NCBI RefSeq assembly: GCF_009914755.1
Contig: NC_060929.1
Strand: one strand, 5' to 3'
DNA length: 64,000 nt
From: the human T2T-CHM13v2.0 reference genome, Homo sapiens
Shown here: positions 1-13,530 of the stretch, piece by piece
How the letters are laid out: the number at the start of each line of letters is the position of its first letter
Position numbering within the stretch: position 1 is the first letter of the stretch
Made by a program: the position numbers and the translations under genes
The notes under the pieces: generated by a model
The model's database searches: none
Told to the model about the DNA's origin: nothing
The model's input: only the letters and a program-made list of their open reading frames with translations

Positions 1-921
1 ACAGGATCCAAGTAGAGGCCAGCTATATGCCATTTAAAAAGAAATATGCTTCATTACACTTTCTCTCCATTTCCCGGAACTCACTATGGGAACAAGAGAA
101 AGGAAGAATCCTTGTTAAAATTTTGGAGATAGTATTTTGGTCTTTACCAACTGTGACCTTGATAGCACAATGCAGTGATCCTTGCTAAGATGACAGTTTT
201 CCTTTCCTTCTCTCTGCCTGTGTTCATACACCACCTGCTTCTCATTGTCCACACACTCACATCAGCAAACTGCAGCATCTCGTGTTCTTGGTTCATGCTC
301 TCTCTGACTTGCTGGAGAAAACAGTGATCTTTTCACCTTCAAATAGGTATATTTGCTCTGTGTTTTTATTTTGTGAAAATTATTTCCTTCTCTAAGGAGA
401 AATGTTTGTTTTTGTTTATTTAATCAGATTCCAATAAAGTTGAGTATATGGCTTAGAGAGCGAGAGAATGAGAGAGGGGGATGTGTGTTGTGTTTTATTG
501 TGTTTGGAGTGTGTGTGTGTGTCTGCAGAGGATATCTGAAGGATCCTACCACGAAAAATGATCCTCAGTCAAAATGTTAAAGTAGATGATGGTGTGTGCC
601 AGGGGCCATTTCTTACTGTACCACTTTTCTTTCAAATCCGAGATGTTAGAGGAACACAGTACTTCTCCAAGATACAGTGATATTTCAGGCAGTACCAGAC
701 AGTGGGAAAGGCTTTTTGCTTTCGTTTGTTTGCCTGCTATTTATTACTATTATTATTAGCTTTTGATGGGGAGGGGATGGGAATTTCTGGTTTTGGGGAC
801 TTCTAGAATCCAATAACATAGAGAGCTGCTTGAGGTTAGTTGTGCTACATGGTTTAATGTGGCTTTTGTTGGGTTGTTTTTTTGTTTTGGCCAGGAGTAG
901 GAAACCGGCTGCAAAGCAGGA

Positions 922-1358
922 TGATTTGGTTTTGATGTCTGTCCCCTCCAAATGTCATGTTGAAATGTAATCCCCAGTAGTTGCAGGCAGAGCTCAGTGG
1001 GAGCTATTGGGCCACGATGGGTAGATCACTAATGAAAGGCTTAGCGTCATCCCGTTGGTGATGAGTGGGTTCTTGCTGAGTTCATGCAAGAGCTGATTGT
1101 TTAAAAATGTGGCACCTCCCTCAGCCCCTTGTTCCTGTTCTAGCCATGTGACACATCGGCCCTGTGGCTTTGCCTTCCGCCATGATTGGAAGCTTCCTGA
1201 GGCCTCACCAGAAGCAGATGTTGGTGCCATCCTTCCTGCACAGCATGCAGAACTTTGAACCAATTAAGCCTCATTTCTTTATAAATTACCCAGCCTCAGG
1301 TATTCCTTTACCCAGCCTCAGGTATTCCTTTACAGTGACGCAAAAATGGACTAACACA
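922..1358 (+). mobile_element. MaLR solo LTR, MSTB-like
   Basis: Starts TGATTTGGTTTTGATGTCTGTCCCCTCCAAAT and ends GGACTAACACA, matching MST consensus termini. Perfect 5-bp TSD CAGGA at 917-921 and 1359-1363. Confidence 0.9.
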
Positions 1359-3747
1359 CAGGAGTTACAGTTTAAAGGCCTGTAGGGGCCATGACTATGA
1401 TGGAGATGATTGAACCCATCTGGGCGTGAGGCAGCTGGGATAGAAGGGGACTGTGCATGCAGGAGATGGAGCTACCGCATTCCAGCCCGCTGCTGCTGGG
1501 CAGGGATGCAAGCCCAGTGTTGGCAGATCTTTGATTTTTTTCTGGATTCTGATGTAAAGTTTCTTGACTTTAAAATGTTTATCACTCATTCAAATTAAGA
1601 GGAAAAAAACCAACTCACATCCTGCACAACCTTGGAAAGGTCTGTTTACTCCTTTATGAAACAAAAGCATTAGGGTGGATGAGCTCAAAAATTTCTACTT
1701 GACCAGACCTTTTAGGATTGTATAATTCCTGAATCCTGAGTTCAGACCTTCAAAATCCCTTCATTTCCTGTTTTTCTTTTTTTTTTCACAAAGAGGTGGG
1801 CAGATGTTCAAAAGGAGAAAAGAGGAAACAAAACAGATGTAGAGAAGGATCAGGAAGGTCTAGATAGTGGAAGGTGGTGCCTGCCCATGTGCCACTCTGC
1901 TTTTTGGAGAAAAGCTTCTTTCTCTGAATTCTTTATGAAAGCTACCTTTCCCTCCCCTGAACCGCAATAGTCCTTTTCCAATCCCCTTTTCAACAGATAT
2001 GCTTATTTAATATATTTATTAATTGCCTGCCTGGGGGCAGGCATACTTTTATGACTTCTGTAATTTTTCCACTTGTATTATAGTTACTTGAGTAAAAGGA
2101 TGGAGAGAACTTTATTTTCCAAATTTCTTGGATACCAGGAAGGAGGCTGGTCTGTTGCAAGTACACACTGTGAGAGAAGCAGGGTGAGAAGAGGCAGAGC
2201 GGACAGGGCTTACGCTGTTTGGAAAAGAGTGCGTAGTGAGGTGGGTCACCTTTTGGAGAGCCCACGCTTTGAGAGCCAGCAGAGTGAGGTGGAGAGCCAT
2301 CAAGACAGCCGACAGCTATGTGGCGTGAGATGCAATTGCCCTCCACTGTCCTCAGTTCTTCCACAAAGTTACCAAAGTTGTGAGGTGCTGGTGCCCGATC
2401 AAGGCAACAGGCACAGGTGTAGCAGCAGAGCAAAAAGGCCAGGAGTTTGCAGATGTCATGGGGAGAACTGTGGATTCAAACAAGCCTTGAAACTGTCCGA
2501 GCCAATTCCTGAGATGCAGTGAGGTCCCCAGGTAACATTTGGGTACATTTGGGTACATCTGGGCCCATTGTCACCTGAGCCAGGTTGTGAGCAGTTTGGG
2601 AGCAGGATCCTTGTCAAAGTTGTCTCTGGAGAAGATATGGGGACAACACAGTGCTTTTGCATGGAATGGATGTCAGTAAATACTTACTTACTGAATGAAT
2701 GATTGAAGAAAGGAAGGCAGGCAGAAAGGAACGAGAAAGCTGTTAACTGCCAGTCCCTTAACATGGAATGCAGGCTTTACATGGAAAGACAGACTAAATA
2801 AACCAGCTTGGAGAGAGTTAATTTCTGCCTGCAGCATTCACAGGAAGGATAATGTATGCTGGGGCGGAAAAGCATTAGTTTTTCCCTTTTTGAAACCCCT
2901 AAAAGATTTGTCTGAAGCATATATTTAAATGGGCAGCGTACAGGTGTTTTCAGAGCTGCTCCAGCCCCAGAGAAGGCCTCAGGGCAAACCAGAGAAGACG
3001 GTACTTGGTAACGAGAAACACTCCTCAGCTACTCTGCATGCTTCAGTGGGAAAATGCAAATCAACTCATTCTCGCTTTTGAGGACAACTTCAGATAAAGG
3101 GTTCCCCAGGCAAAGTAACCCCTTCAATGTGCCTGACTGTCTTTCCCCATTGCTATCTTTTCCTGCACTACCTGCAGTGTGAGCTGTCGGGGGTGGGGAG
3201 GGGTTGTGGATGGGCTGCACCGGAGATGAGAAAGGAGTTGCATAGCAATGAGGAGGTGGAGGAGGAGAGAGAAGGAAGGGGCTTGGGCTTTTGTGTGGGT
3301 ACAACTTTGTGGAAAAGGCCTTAAACTAGGAGATGGGATTACCTCTACTTCTGCCTCTGTCGGCCACCAGCTGTGGATGACCTTGGGCAAGAAGGGGGAT
3401 TCATAGGCAATCAAAGCTGAAGTGAATAATGTTGGAAATCATATCAATTTCACTAACTAGTTTTTTGTTTTTGTTTTTTAACAGTTGGGAAACTGAGATT
3501 GAACAAGATATTAATGGAGAGTAAGTGGGAGGCTAGGTTTAGAATTCAGGTCCCCCAGCTTTGGGAACAGAGCCCTTTCCACCATCCCAAGTATCATGCT
3601 CAGGGGCATCAGTACCAGCAGATTTGGGTTTCAGATTTCATAATTTGTATATGAAAGTTGGGGTGTGTCTAGGGGCTCAATTAAGACTTTCAAAACCTGA
3701 ATATCTAAAAAAATTATGGTGACTTTCCCCAACCCCCAGTGTAGGTA

Positions 3748-4147
3748 AAGTTGATCCTTGAACAACATGGGTTTGAACTGAACGTGTCCACTGATTTGTG
3801 GATTTTCTTCCACCTCTGTCATTCCTGAGACAGCAAGACCAACCCTCCCACTCCTCCTCCTTCTCCTCAGCCTAGTCAATGTGAAGACAAGGATGAAGAC
3901 CTTTCTGATGATCCACTTCTACTTAATGAAGAGTAAATGTATTCTTTCTTCCTTATGCTTTTCTGAAAAACATTTTAACATCTAAAATATGTGTTAATTG
4001 GCTATATTATTGATAAGACTTCTCTGTTCAGTAGGCTATTAGTAGTTAAGTTTTTGGTAGTTAAGTCAAAAGTTATATGCAGATTTTTGACATGTAGGGG
4101 AGAGGAGATTGGCTCCCCTAATCCCTGCATTGTTCAAGAGTTAACTG
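3748..4147 (+). mobile_element. TcMar-Tigger non-autonomous DNA transposon, Tigger2a/MER28-like
   Basis: Terminal inverted repeats AAGTTGATCCTTGAACAA / TTGTTCAAGAGTTAACTG. Internal CCTGAGACAGCAAGACCAACCC and GATGAAGACCTTT resemble recalled Tigger2a. Confidence 0.85.
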
Positions 4148-5317
4148 CAATTGAAAATAAAAGCAATGCTAAATTGTTACACAAGTATAAGCAACTAGAA
4201 TAATTGTTTTTTCTCCTGATGACTACTCTGATGGTTTTCAAATAATAAATTCAATAAAATTTTTTTATTTCAGGTGCCCCTGTTTTAATGGTGGCCCGGG
4301 CACATGCTTTTTCCGCTTATAGGGAAATCCATTTTATGACCCTGAATGTCATTATGTACTTATTTTTGAGTGAGTGCATGAGTGAGTTGTGTGAACATGT
4401 TTGGGCAATTATCTTTGGTTATTTTTGTGTTCATGTGATTTTCAATGGTTTTAAGTACATATTTTTTTTGGTGCAAATATGTATGTATATAAATGCAGAT
4501 TTCTGTTTTCTTTTTTATAAAGAGTGAGGCAATCAAATGATTGCTAAAATTGTCAGGCTTTAGTTTGCTAAATGAGACAATGTATGTTACGAGAGCCTTT
4601 CACATGGCATGAAGGCCACTTTTTCTTAACAAGTAAAAGGTATGATTACTCCAGATGAATCTCAGTCTCAACTTGAAATGGTCTGGGTTAGAAAAGTACC
4701 TGGGACCTGAATTTCTAGAGAAAGTGATTATGTCAAGTCAAAGAATGGGCAGGTTTGCTTTAGGCTTTATTGATTTTCATACTTTGCTTTTCAGAGGTTG
4801 GGTCTCAGTAACTTTCAATGTTTCCTTGGTCGGCAAGGAGTTTACTGTAGTTTTTACTTGTTTATTTATCTGAAACTTGTGTGTATGGTATACATATATT
4901 AAAAACATGACATATGTTTTGATACATAAACACAAAGTATTTCATATTGGTGGCTCCTTTTGTTTTGGCTTGGCTTGTCTCTCCAGGGACCTGAGCTTGG
5001 GGCTGGATGTGAGATGAGTGCTGCGTATCTTGGATATAATCCATAACCTGGTGTCATTTTAGCCTCAGGCAAGTGCTCCCTGCCTGCGAATAAGACTTTG
5101 GCCCTGGCTACAGAGGAGCTCCCGCTTGTCAGTGGGGGATCCTCCTCAAACTGAAATCTGGACTTATTCCCTGTGATGATAACAAGAGTTGGAGGACTTC
5201 ATCGTAGAACACCCTGCATTCTTTTTCCTGAGTGGCTTCTCATCTATGTTGCCAGTTCATTCTCAGAAAAGATTACTGTAATACTAAGATCGTGTTTGTT
5301 GAGTCTTTAGTGTGGGC

Positions 5318-5579
5318 CAGTGTTCTCAGGAGTAGCAACGGTGCCTGCCACATTCCTGTAGCCCCCAAAGGATATCTGGTAATATCTGGAGACAATTCTG
5401 GCTGGTAATATCTGGAGACAATTCTGGCTGTTCTGGAGAGGGGAAGACTGCTATGGGCACCTAGTGGCTGGAGGCAGGGATACTGCAAAATAGATTATAG
5501 TGCACAGTGCAACCACTCTGCCCCCAACAAATAATTATCTGCCTCAAAATGTCACTAGTGTTGAAGTTGAGAAACCTTG
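5318..5579 (+). mobile_element. MER20 (hAT-Charlie MITE)
   Basis: GGTAATATCTGGAGACA...CTAGTGG...AATTATCTGCCTCAAAATGTCACTAGTG...GTTGAGAAACCTTG resembles MER20 consensus; left edge approximate. Confidence 0.75.
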
Positions 5580-7729
5580 GTGTGTGCTCTGTGTTCCTTT
5601 GTTACAGGTGTGTAGGTGCTAATGTCTGCTGCCCATACTGAAAATGAAAGGCACTATGGCTTGGAGTTAAGAAAGGACATGACCGAGGTGTAGACCTGCA
5701 TGGGAGCCAGGTCTGTCTGCTTCTGGATCCTCAGCTTGAAGCACCACTCTTGTTGCAAACATCCTCAGGCCTGTCTGAGCAGCATCCCAGAAAATGAGCT
5801 AGGATTTGCACTCAATGCACCAGCACCCCTTACAGATAGAGGTGAACTGTGATTATACCAGAGAAACCATGTCTACCTTTCTCATCCTGACTCACAGATA
5901 GTGGGTACTGTGCAATAAGTCTCCTGTGGTATAAAATTCATCGTTGTTTAGCCCCCTCCTCTTCTCTCTTTCCTTCATCTTACCCTTTTGATTTTGCTTG
6001 TGTTGCATCACAGTAATCTTATTCTCCTTCAAAACTACAGCCCCTTCCTGAAAGGGATCTCCAATAGCTGGTGGGTCAACTTCATTCATTGCCTAATTGG
6101 ATGACTGTCCGTGGGGGTGAGGTTGTTGATTGCTGCCACCAGGCAGACCAGAGAAAAGGACAGTTTCATCTGAAACTGGACATTCAGTTTTAAATTCTTT
6201 TGATGAAAAATTCTCTGGTTGTTCAGAGGCTAAGGAAACTAACAAATAAACCTGAATTTAGGTTTCAGATTGTGCCAGGATTTCACAGGAAAGCTTTTCC
6301 TCCCACAAAAGCCTTCTGAGGGATTCCTTTATCAGGAGAGAAAAGCATTCCTGGAGATCTCATTAGGTAAATTACTCTCAGATTAACATATTTTATTAAT
6401 TACCTATTATGAGATCCCAAAGCTAAACAATCATAAAAACAACAGAAAGAAGTAAATATAGTTCTCAGTGACTAATAGATGCCATGAAAGACATAATCAG
6501 TAAAATCAATTATATGCATTATTATAATGAAAGGTACAGTTAGTGCTTTAAAAAAATAATTAGGTTATTGGCTAAGAGGAAACTAGCCCCCTTCCATTGC
6601 CCTGAAGCAAGCCCCGGAGGCTTCACTCAAAGGCTTTTAGTATAGAAATCATTGGTTTTATTGGCCAGGCAAATTAGTGACTCCATTAGCTTCACCAGTG
6701 GGGGACCCTGGTGTTCCTAAGTCACCAGGTGCTTTTGATCTGGTTGCACATTTTCTCAAATGGAAAAATATAACATTGGAACCATGCATCAAAATGTGAA
6801 CAAAATATATGTCAGGCTACATGGATGGCAAAGGTAGGAGGTGAGGTAGAAGCAGTAAAATAGGTGGTGAAGGTTTGGCTGTGTGTGAGTGGAGTGTGTG
6901 CCGCACGTGTGTCCCACCCAGTCCACACGCATGTGTCACTGGAGAGCTGATCAACAACATTTCCAAATCCCTTTCCAGAATTCAACTTGCCTATCTTGCT
7001 TTGTATGTAAAAATATTCCACTTAAACCTGTAGCAAAGCCACCTCCAAAGTGCTAATAAATAATATATGCAAAGTTTTTTTTTCTTATCAACATAAAGAA
7101 ATGTGGAGTTGTGAGGCTGGTGAAAACTCGCATTAGACAATGTAATGAAGCAGGAATTAGAACAGCGTAGTTCCTCTGGCCATTATAAATGAGGACGGCA
7201 GCTACCTGGAGAATGGGAAAACTGATGAGTACAGTCTGTTGGGGAGAGCAGGAGGAAAATTTCCCTCAGGAACACATTTCAAATTACTTATTTATGAACT
7301 GATGAACTGGGAGACCACCTATTGAGACATCGGTGTAAGCAGTCTGCTGAAGACAGCTACAGAACTCCAGCTAATTGTGCGGCTGTTTTCTCTTAGAACC
7401 CCTGCTCTCCAGCTGGGCTTTGGAGGCAAGAAATTTAGGCTCTGACTAGAAGTTACACTTTTCCTTTTTCTTGTCATCATACATATATACATCCATATTT
7501 TAATACACTTGAATCGTTTGGCGAGAGCCTGGGACAAGGCTCCTGCCATTGGCCTGGGAGGGGCTGGCGTAGACAGGTTTTGGTGTTAAGGGTCCTGCAG
7601 GCTGTGCCCCGCGGTCAAGGTGTGGGAGATGGAGTTCTGGGCTCCTGCATCAGCTCCCCAAGGCGATTGGATCAGGCCATGGAGAGCCGCACCCCTTGCC
7701 TCCCCTTTTTGGTCAGCATCTTCCTCTCC

Positions 7730-7743
7730 ATTGCCATGGCAAC
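7730..7743. promoter_or_regulatory. RFX X-box motif (candidate)
   Basis: ATTGCCATGGCAAC is 13/14 identical to the palindromic X-box GTTGCCATGGCAAC. Motif match only; no binding data. Confidence 0.5.
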
Positions 7744-7759
7744 AGGGCATTGTGTGCTT

Positions 7760-7930
7760 CCTCTGTGCTGGGCTCTCTGCCATGTTTTACATGAATGATC
7801 TCATTTTACCCTCATGAGAACTTTTATGAAGGTAGGCACTGTCGTTATCCCCATCGTATAGGTGAATAAACTGATTGAGAGAAGTGACGTGACTACCAAG
7901 GCCATAAGCCCAAGTCCTTCTGATGACGGG
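7760..7930 (-). mobile_element. MIR SINE fragment
   Basis: TTATCCCCATCGTATAGGTGAATAAACTGATTGAGAGAAGTGACGTGACT resembles the MIR core in reverse; boundaries approximate. Confidence 0.6.
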
Positions 7931-8296
7931 CCTCAGATCCCGAATCATCTCCCAGAAGATGGTACATGTTCACTGGGAAGGAAGCAGCCTCTCCCATGGA
8001 GGTGGGCGACGGACTTATTCTCTCTGCTGCAGGCAGTGTGCTGAGCAGAAGAGGACCAGCAATCGAGAGATTAAATGTAGTGGGGAGACAGTGTAGCTGA
8101 TGTTTAAGAGCTACATCTCTCATTGTTATCTTCGCTTTAGAGATGAGGTGACAGGGGCTCATCAAAGTGAGGCAAACTTGCCCTAAGTCACACATGCAAG
8201 TGGAAGAACCAGGGTGTGAACTGAGCCTGGGCTGTGAGCTTCTCACCAGGTAGGGAACTTCTTGAGGGTGGTGTCTGAATCTTATTCACCCTTTAA

Positions 8297-8659
<363 letters not shown>

Positions 8660-8901
8660 TGAATTAAATTTTCAACCCCAAATTTGGGGAGCTTGTGGAC
8701 CTCTTGCAAAGGTCCCCATTCCTTGGAAGGCACTGCAATAATAACAGCATGTAATATTGATTGCCCATCTAACTGTGCCAGTTCCTATGCCAATCCAGTA
8801 CACGATCATCTCCTTCAGTTCTTACAGCCTGATGAAGCAGGGATGTTTATCATAATCCCCAGATTATAGGTTTAGGGCACTGGTGCTCAGAGAGGTTAAG
8901 T

Positions 8902-9132
8902 CAGTTGTTATCAACTAAGATCAAATTGCTGCTCACTGCCTCCCTTCCCAAGGGCCAGTTGGCAATGTCTGGAGATATTTCTGGTTGTCACAGCTGGAGG
9001 TGGGGTGCTCCTGGCATCTAGTGGGTAGAGGTTAGGGTCACTGCTAAATCTCTCACAATTCACAGGATGTCTCCTTACACCAAAGTATGACCCAGCCCCA
9101 AATATTAATGTTGTCCAGGTTGAGATAATCTG
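8902..9132 (+). mobile_element. MER20 inserted into a MIR
   Basis: CAG...CTG termini and TTGGCAATGTCTGGAGATATTTCTGGTTGTCACA core. 8-bp hAT-type TSD GGTTAAGT / AGTTAAGT splits the MIR motif GAGAGGTTAAGT|GCTTGCCCAAG. Confidence 0.9.
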
Positions 9133-9849
9133 AGTTAAGTGCTTGCCCAAGCTATTAAGTGGCAGAGTCAGATTCAGACTTCCTTGTCCTATTCCAGAGC
9201 CTTTGTGCTAATCATATACTACATGATTTTCTCAGTCTCTCCCTCCTCGGGTAGCCTAGAGTTTGCTCAGAAGACAGTTACATTAGAATGTGAGTCACGG
9301 CGCAGTAAGTGACTTGGGGGAATGAATAGGGAGCCTCTGATGTGGATCTCTATGCAAAGTAAGTCCTCAATCTCATCTTGAGAGTTGGGTCCTGACTATA
9401 TCAAATAAGTAAATTTGCCTGCATGGCAATTCTATTAGGGCCAGAGGTAGCTGGAGCCAGGAGGACTTGGGGGAAAGACAACAGGGCTGGGGCATCCCAG
9501 GTTCCAGGCTGATGTCAACAATTCCTGGTGTGTAGACTCCGGAAGGCCATGACACTCTCTGAGCCATCATTTCTTTAGGTGTGGGACCAAGACACCTCTG
9601 CCCTGCCTCATCACAGAGCTCTTTGTGAAAACCACATGAGAAAATGGCCATCCAAGCCTTTTGAAAAAGTTAAAGGGCTTCATGTTGGCTGAGTTTCCCT
9701 TCATTACTTCAACAAATAGGTGATAATAACAGTGACAGTTCACACCACTGCTGTTGAGCATTTACTGTTTCCCAGATACTGCTTTAAGGACTGAAATGCT
9801 CCTCTCATTTAATCTTCAAAACAATTCCGTGAGGAAGGCACTAAATTAC

Positions 9850-9972
9850 AAGGGCTCTATGCTCTTTTCAGTGTTCTGATGTTAAACGTTTTAAAATTCT
9901 TAACAATATTTGAACAAGGGGCCCAGTAGTTGCATTTTACATGGGGCCCTTAAAATTATGTGGTTGGTTCTT
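9850..9972 (+). mobile_element. MER91-like hAT-Tip100 MITE fragment
   Basis: AAAATTCTTAACAATATTTGAACAAGGGGCCC...CATTTTACATGGGGCCCTTAAAATTATGTGG resembles the MER91A 3' half. Confidence 0.6.
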
Positions 9973-10692
9973 CCTTTAGAATGTCTGCTTCTAGCTCAGG
10001 AGTGTAATAACCTCTCCATAGTGAAGCTATCAGACCTGTTCCGTGCCCTCACTGGATTCAGTGGAATAAAGGTTATTGAAATTGATCTGAACGTTTTCTA
10101 AGTTTCTTGTTTTCCCTATGAAAAGAAGCAGTGCCATTTGCCATACTTGTCAACCAGTTCCATCCACACATTGATCAGGTAGAAGGAATGGGAAACTAGA
10201 CCGAAACAACAAAATAACGAAGAACTGGTGAAGTAGTCAGGCTCTGGGTTCAGGTAGCATCACAACAGCCATGATAAAAATAACAGAAATAGTACCGTCC
10301 ACAGCTTGAGGTCTCCATGTGCAGAGCCCTGTGGCAAGTGTTTGACATGTATGATCTCATTTACTCCTCACAATAATTCATGTGGTACTCATTATTCCTA
10401 TCTTTCAGATGCAGAAACCATGGCTGACTGGAGTTAAGTGACTTATCCACCATATCATACACCCTGAGGGGGAATCCCAGCTCCATTTGCTGGCTGTAAT
10501 GCCTTGGGCGAGTAATGCAACCATTCTATGCCTCACTTTCCTTGTGTGTAATTGGGAATATAGCATACTCTATAGAGGTGCTACAAATTTTGAGTTAGGT
10601 ATTGTAACCAGGAATTTAAGAGTAAGGGTCTTGTCCATTTTGTTTACTGCTATATATACTATATTTTAAAACAGTCCTTGGCACACAGTTGG

Positions 10693-11480
<788 letters not shown>

Positions 11481-13329
11481 CACAGTTGACTCAAAACAGA
11501 TGTTTGTAGAAAGGATTTGAAAGTGTTTAGCACATGATAAAAGATAAAAAAGAGAAAGCTCACAACTTTAATAATAATAATAACTATTATTATCAGATAA
11601 GGTATGGTTTTTGTAAAAGGGTTAACCCAAAGGAAGGATTTGATCACACATGGCTTTGGACCAATCATTTCTTTTTGTTGTTGTTGTTATTTTTCCTTAA
11701 AGCTTCCAAAATATTTTGGGGTGTCAACTGGATACGGTTTCACTTTTTCTTTTCAAAAGGAATAGAATTTCACAGGTCATAAAAGTAACAGAAAAAAACA
11801 GATTCTCCAGAAGCAAGGTAACAACAGGGCTCTTTGAATTTGTCAAAATGAATCCCATTTTCAGCAAATTTCCCCTGATGCTTTTTCGTATTATGGCTCC
11901 ATTCCTTTGTTTTAATCCAACAGGGAAGGGCCCTGGGCTTTGAGAATAGTGATTGTTTAAACCTTCCTTTCAATGACTCCTGACAGCCCCCAGGGTGGAA
12001 GCAACTCACCTCCAGCCTGATTTGGCGTGGTACTTCTCGGCATGCCCTGTCTGTCTGCCTCTGGGTGCTGGTTTAGAGCGATAGGCCCCCCACTTGTAAT
12101 TTCTGGCAATGGGATGAAGAGCCCGGCTTTCACTGAGCATGTGTGTGTCTCTCTGTGAGCTGCCACTGCGTGCGACGACGACAATGACAGGTTGGTTTAA
12201 TGCAGCTCTTGCCAAGATTAAGGGATTGTCAGACAAGTATCACGGGAGACTGAGGCATTGCTCTGAAAAGTCATTCTGAATTGCTAACTAACAGAGAGCT
12301 GGCACTTGGTTGGGGGTGGGTGCCTTGCATTTGAGGAGCTTCAGAGAGGCCCTTAGCAGAGCTGACTTCTCACTCCGATGACAGTTTAGGTGGGCCACTG
12401 AGACGCCTCCATCCTGGATTTATGGGCCCCAGGGAGGTCCAGGATTGGACAACAGAGGACCCATCCACCTTGTAAAACGGCATAGAAAAGTGTATGCTCA
12501 TAAACATGTGACCGCATTTTTCTGAAGAGATAGGCCATAGCCTTCATCAGAATCTTAAGAGTCTGTGACCCCCAAATAGTGGTCTGCCCTCTTCAGCCCT
12601 TTCCTAGTCAGAGGTACTGGCAGGGCTCTATAGGCAAGTTTAAGGGGTTTTGTCTGGACACCAAAATCAATGAATAGTCATTAAAGAGCTTAAAGAATTA
12701 AAGTGGTATAGGTAGGTCTGATTTTCAGAAAACTTAATGCTAGCTATAGAATCTAGCTATAGAATTGGGACAAAAATGGCATAGCTATAGCTATTTTCCT
12801 CTCATTTCTATATTCTATAAATATATATGCTGAGTGTCTACCCTGTGCAATGGGCAGTGAAGGTAATACTCAGAGATTATGGCAGTTAGAGTGCCTGCCC
12901 TCATGGAGAAAAAATAAGCCTCGGGGGACAGCTGAATAATTTTAATACAGCCGGACATCCTAGCACAGCTTGAGAAGTGCTATTTGATCACCCATTCATT
13001 TAATTAATACTGTGTGCCCGGCTCTGTGCTAGGCCTTGTGTATATCAGTGAGAGAATGTACAAAGGCAGTGAGGACAAAGGAGTAATGCACCCAGTGTAA
13101 CCTCCCAGACTCAGGGACAGTGAAGGCTCACACACCATTCCAAATAGGGACAAAGGGGACACACTTATTGGGAGAAGTCCTAGCCTCTCTAAGTGCATTC
13201 CCTACGTTGTAGAAATCTGAATATCTTGGACTCATTGTCTGCTTGTTTACGAACAGGCACAGGGACTTGCTGAGGGCAGAGAGTGGAGAGGGCTGCATAG
13301 GGTTAATAGTCTAGCTTCTGCACCATGAA

Positions 13330-13530
13330 TTGGATGTCAGAAGTCTTAGGTTTAATCCTGTTTGTACTTCTTACTGGCTGTGTGACCTTGGGCAAGTCAC
13401 TTCATCTCTGGGAAACCTCCAGAGGGGCCATAGCTTTCATCAGACCACTATTTGGGAGTGAATCCCCCAACCTCATCTGTCAAACAGGGTTAATAATATC
13501 TGCCTTGCTGATGTCAAGGGGATATTATGA
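13330..13530 (+). mobile_element. MIR SINE
   Basis: CTTACTGGCTGTGTGACCTTGGGCAAGTCACTT...CCTCATCTGTCAAACAGGGTTAATAAT MIR core. Confidence 0.7.

Noticed and set aside
2531-2563. Short GGTACATTTG tandem resembling a repeat array
   Set aside because: About three adjacent 10-bp units with no spacers; ordinary slippage, not CRISPR-like.
12959-13033. 10-bp inverted repeat CCTAGCACAG/CTGTGCTAGG as a possible L2-derived pre-miRNA
   Set aside because: The interior does not pair into a continuous stem.
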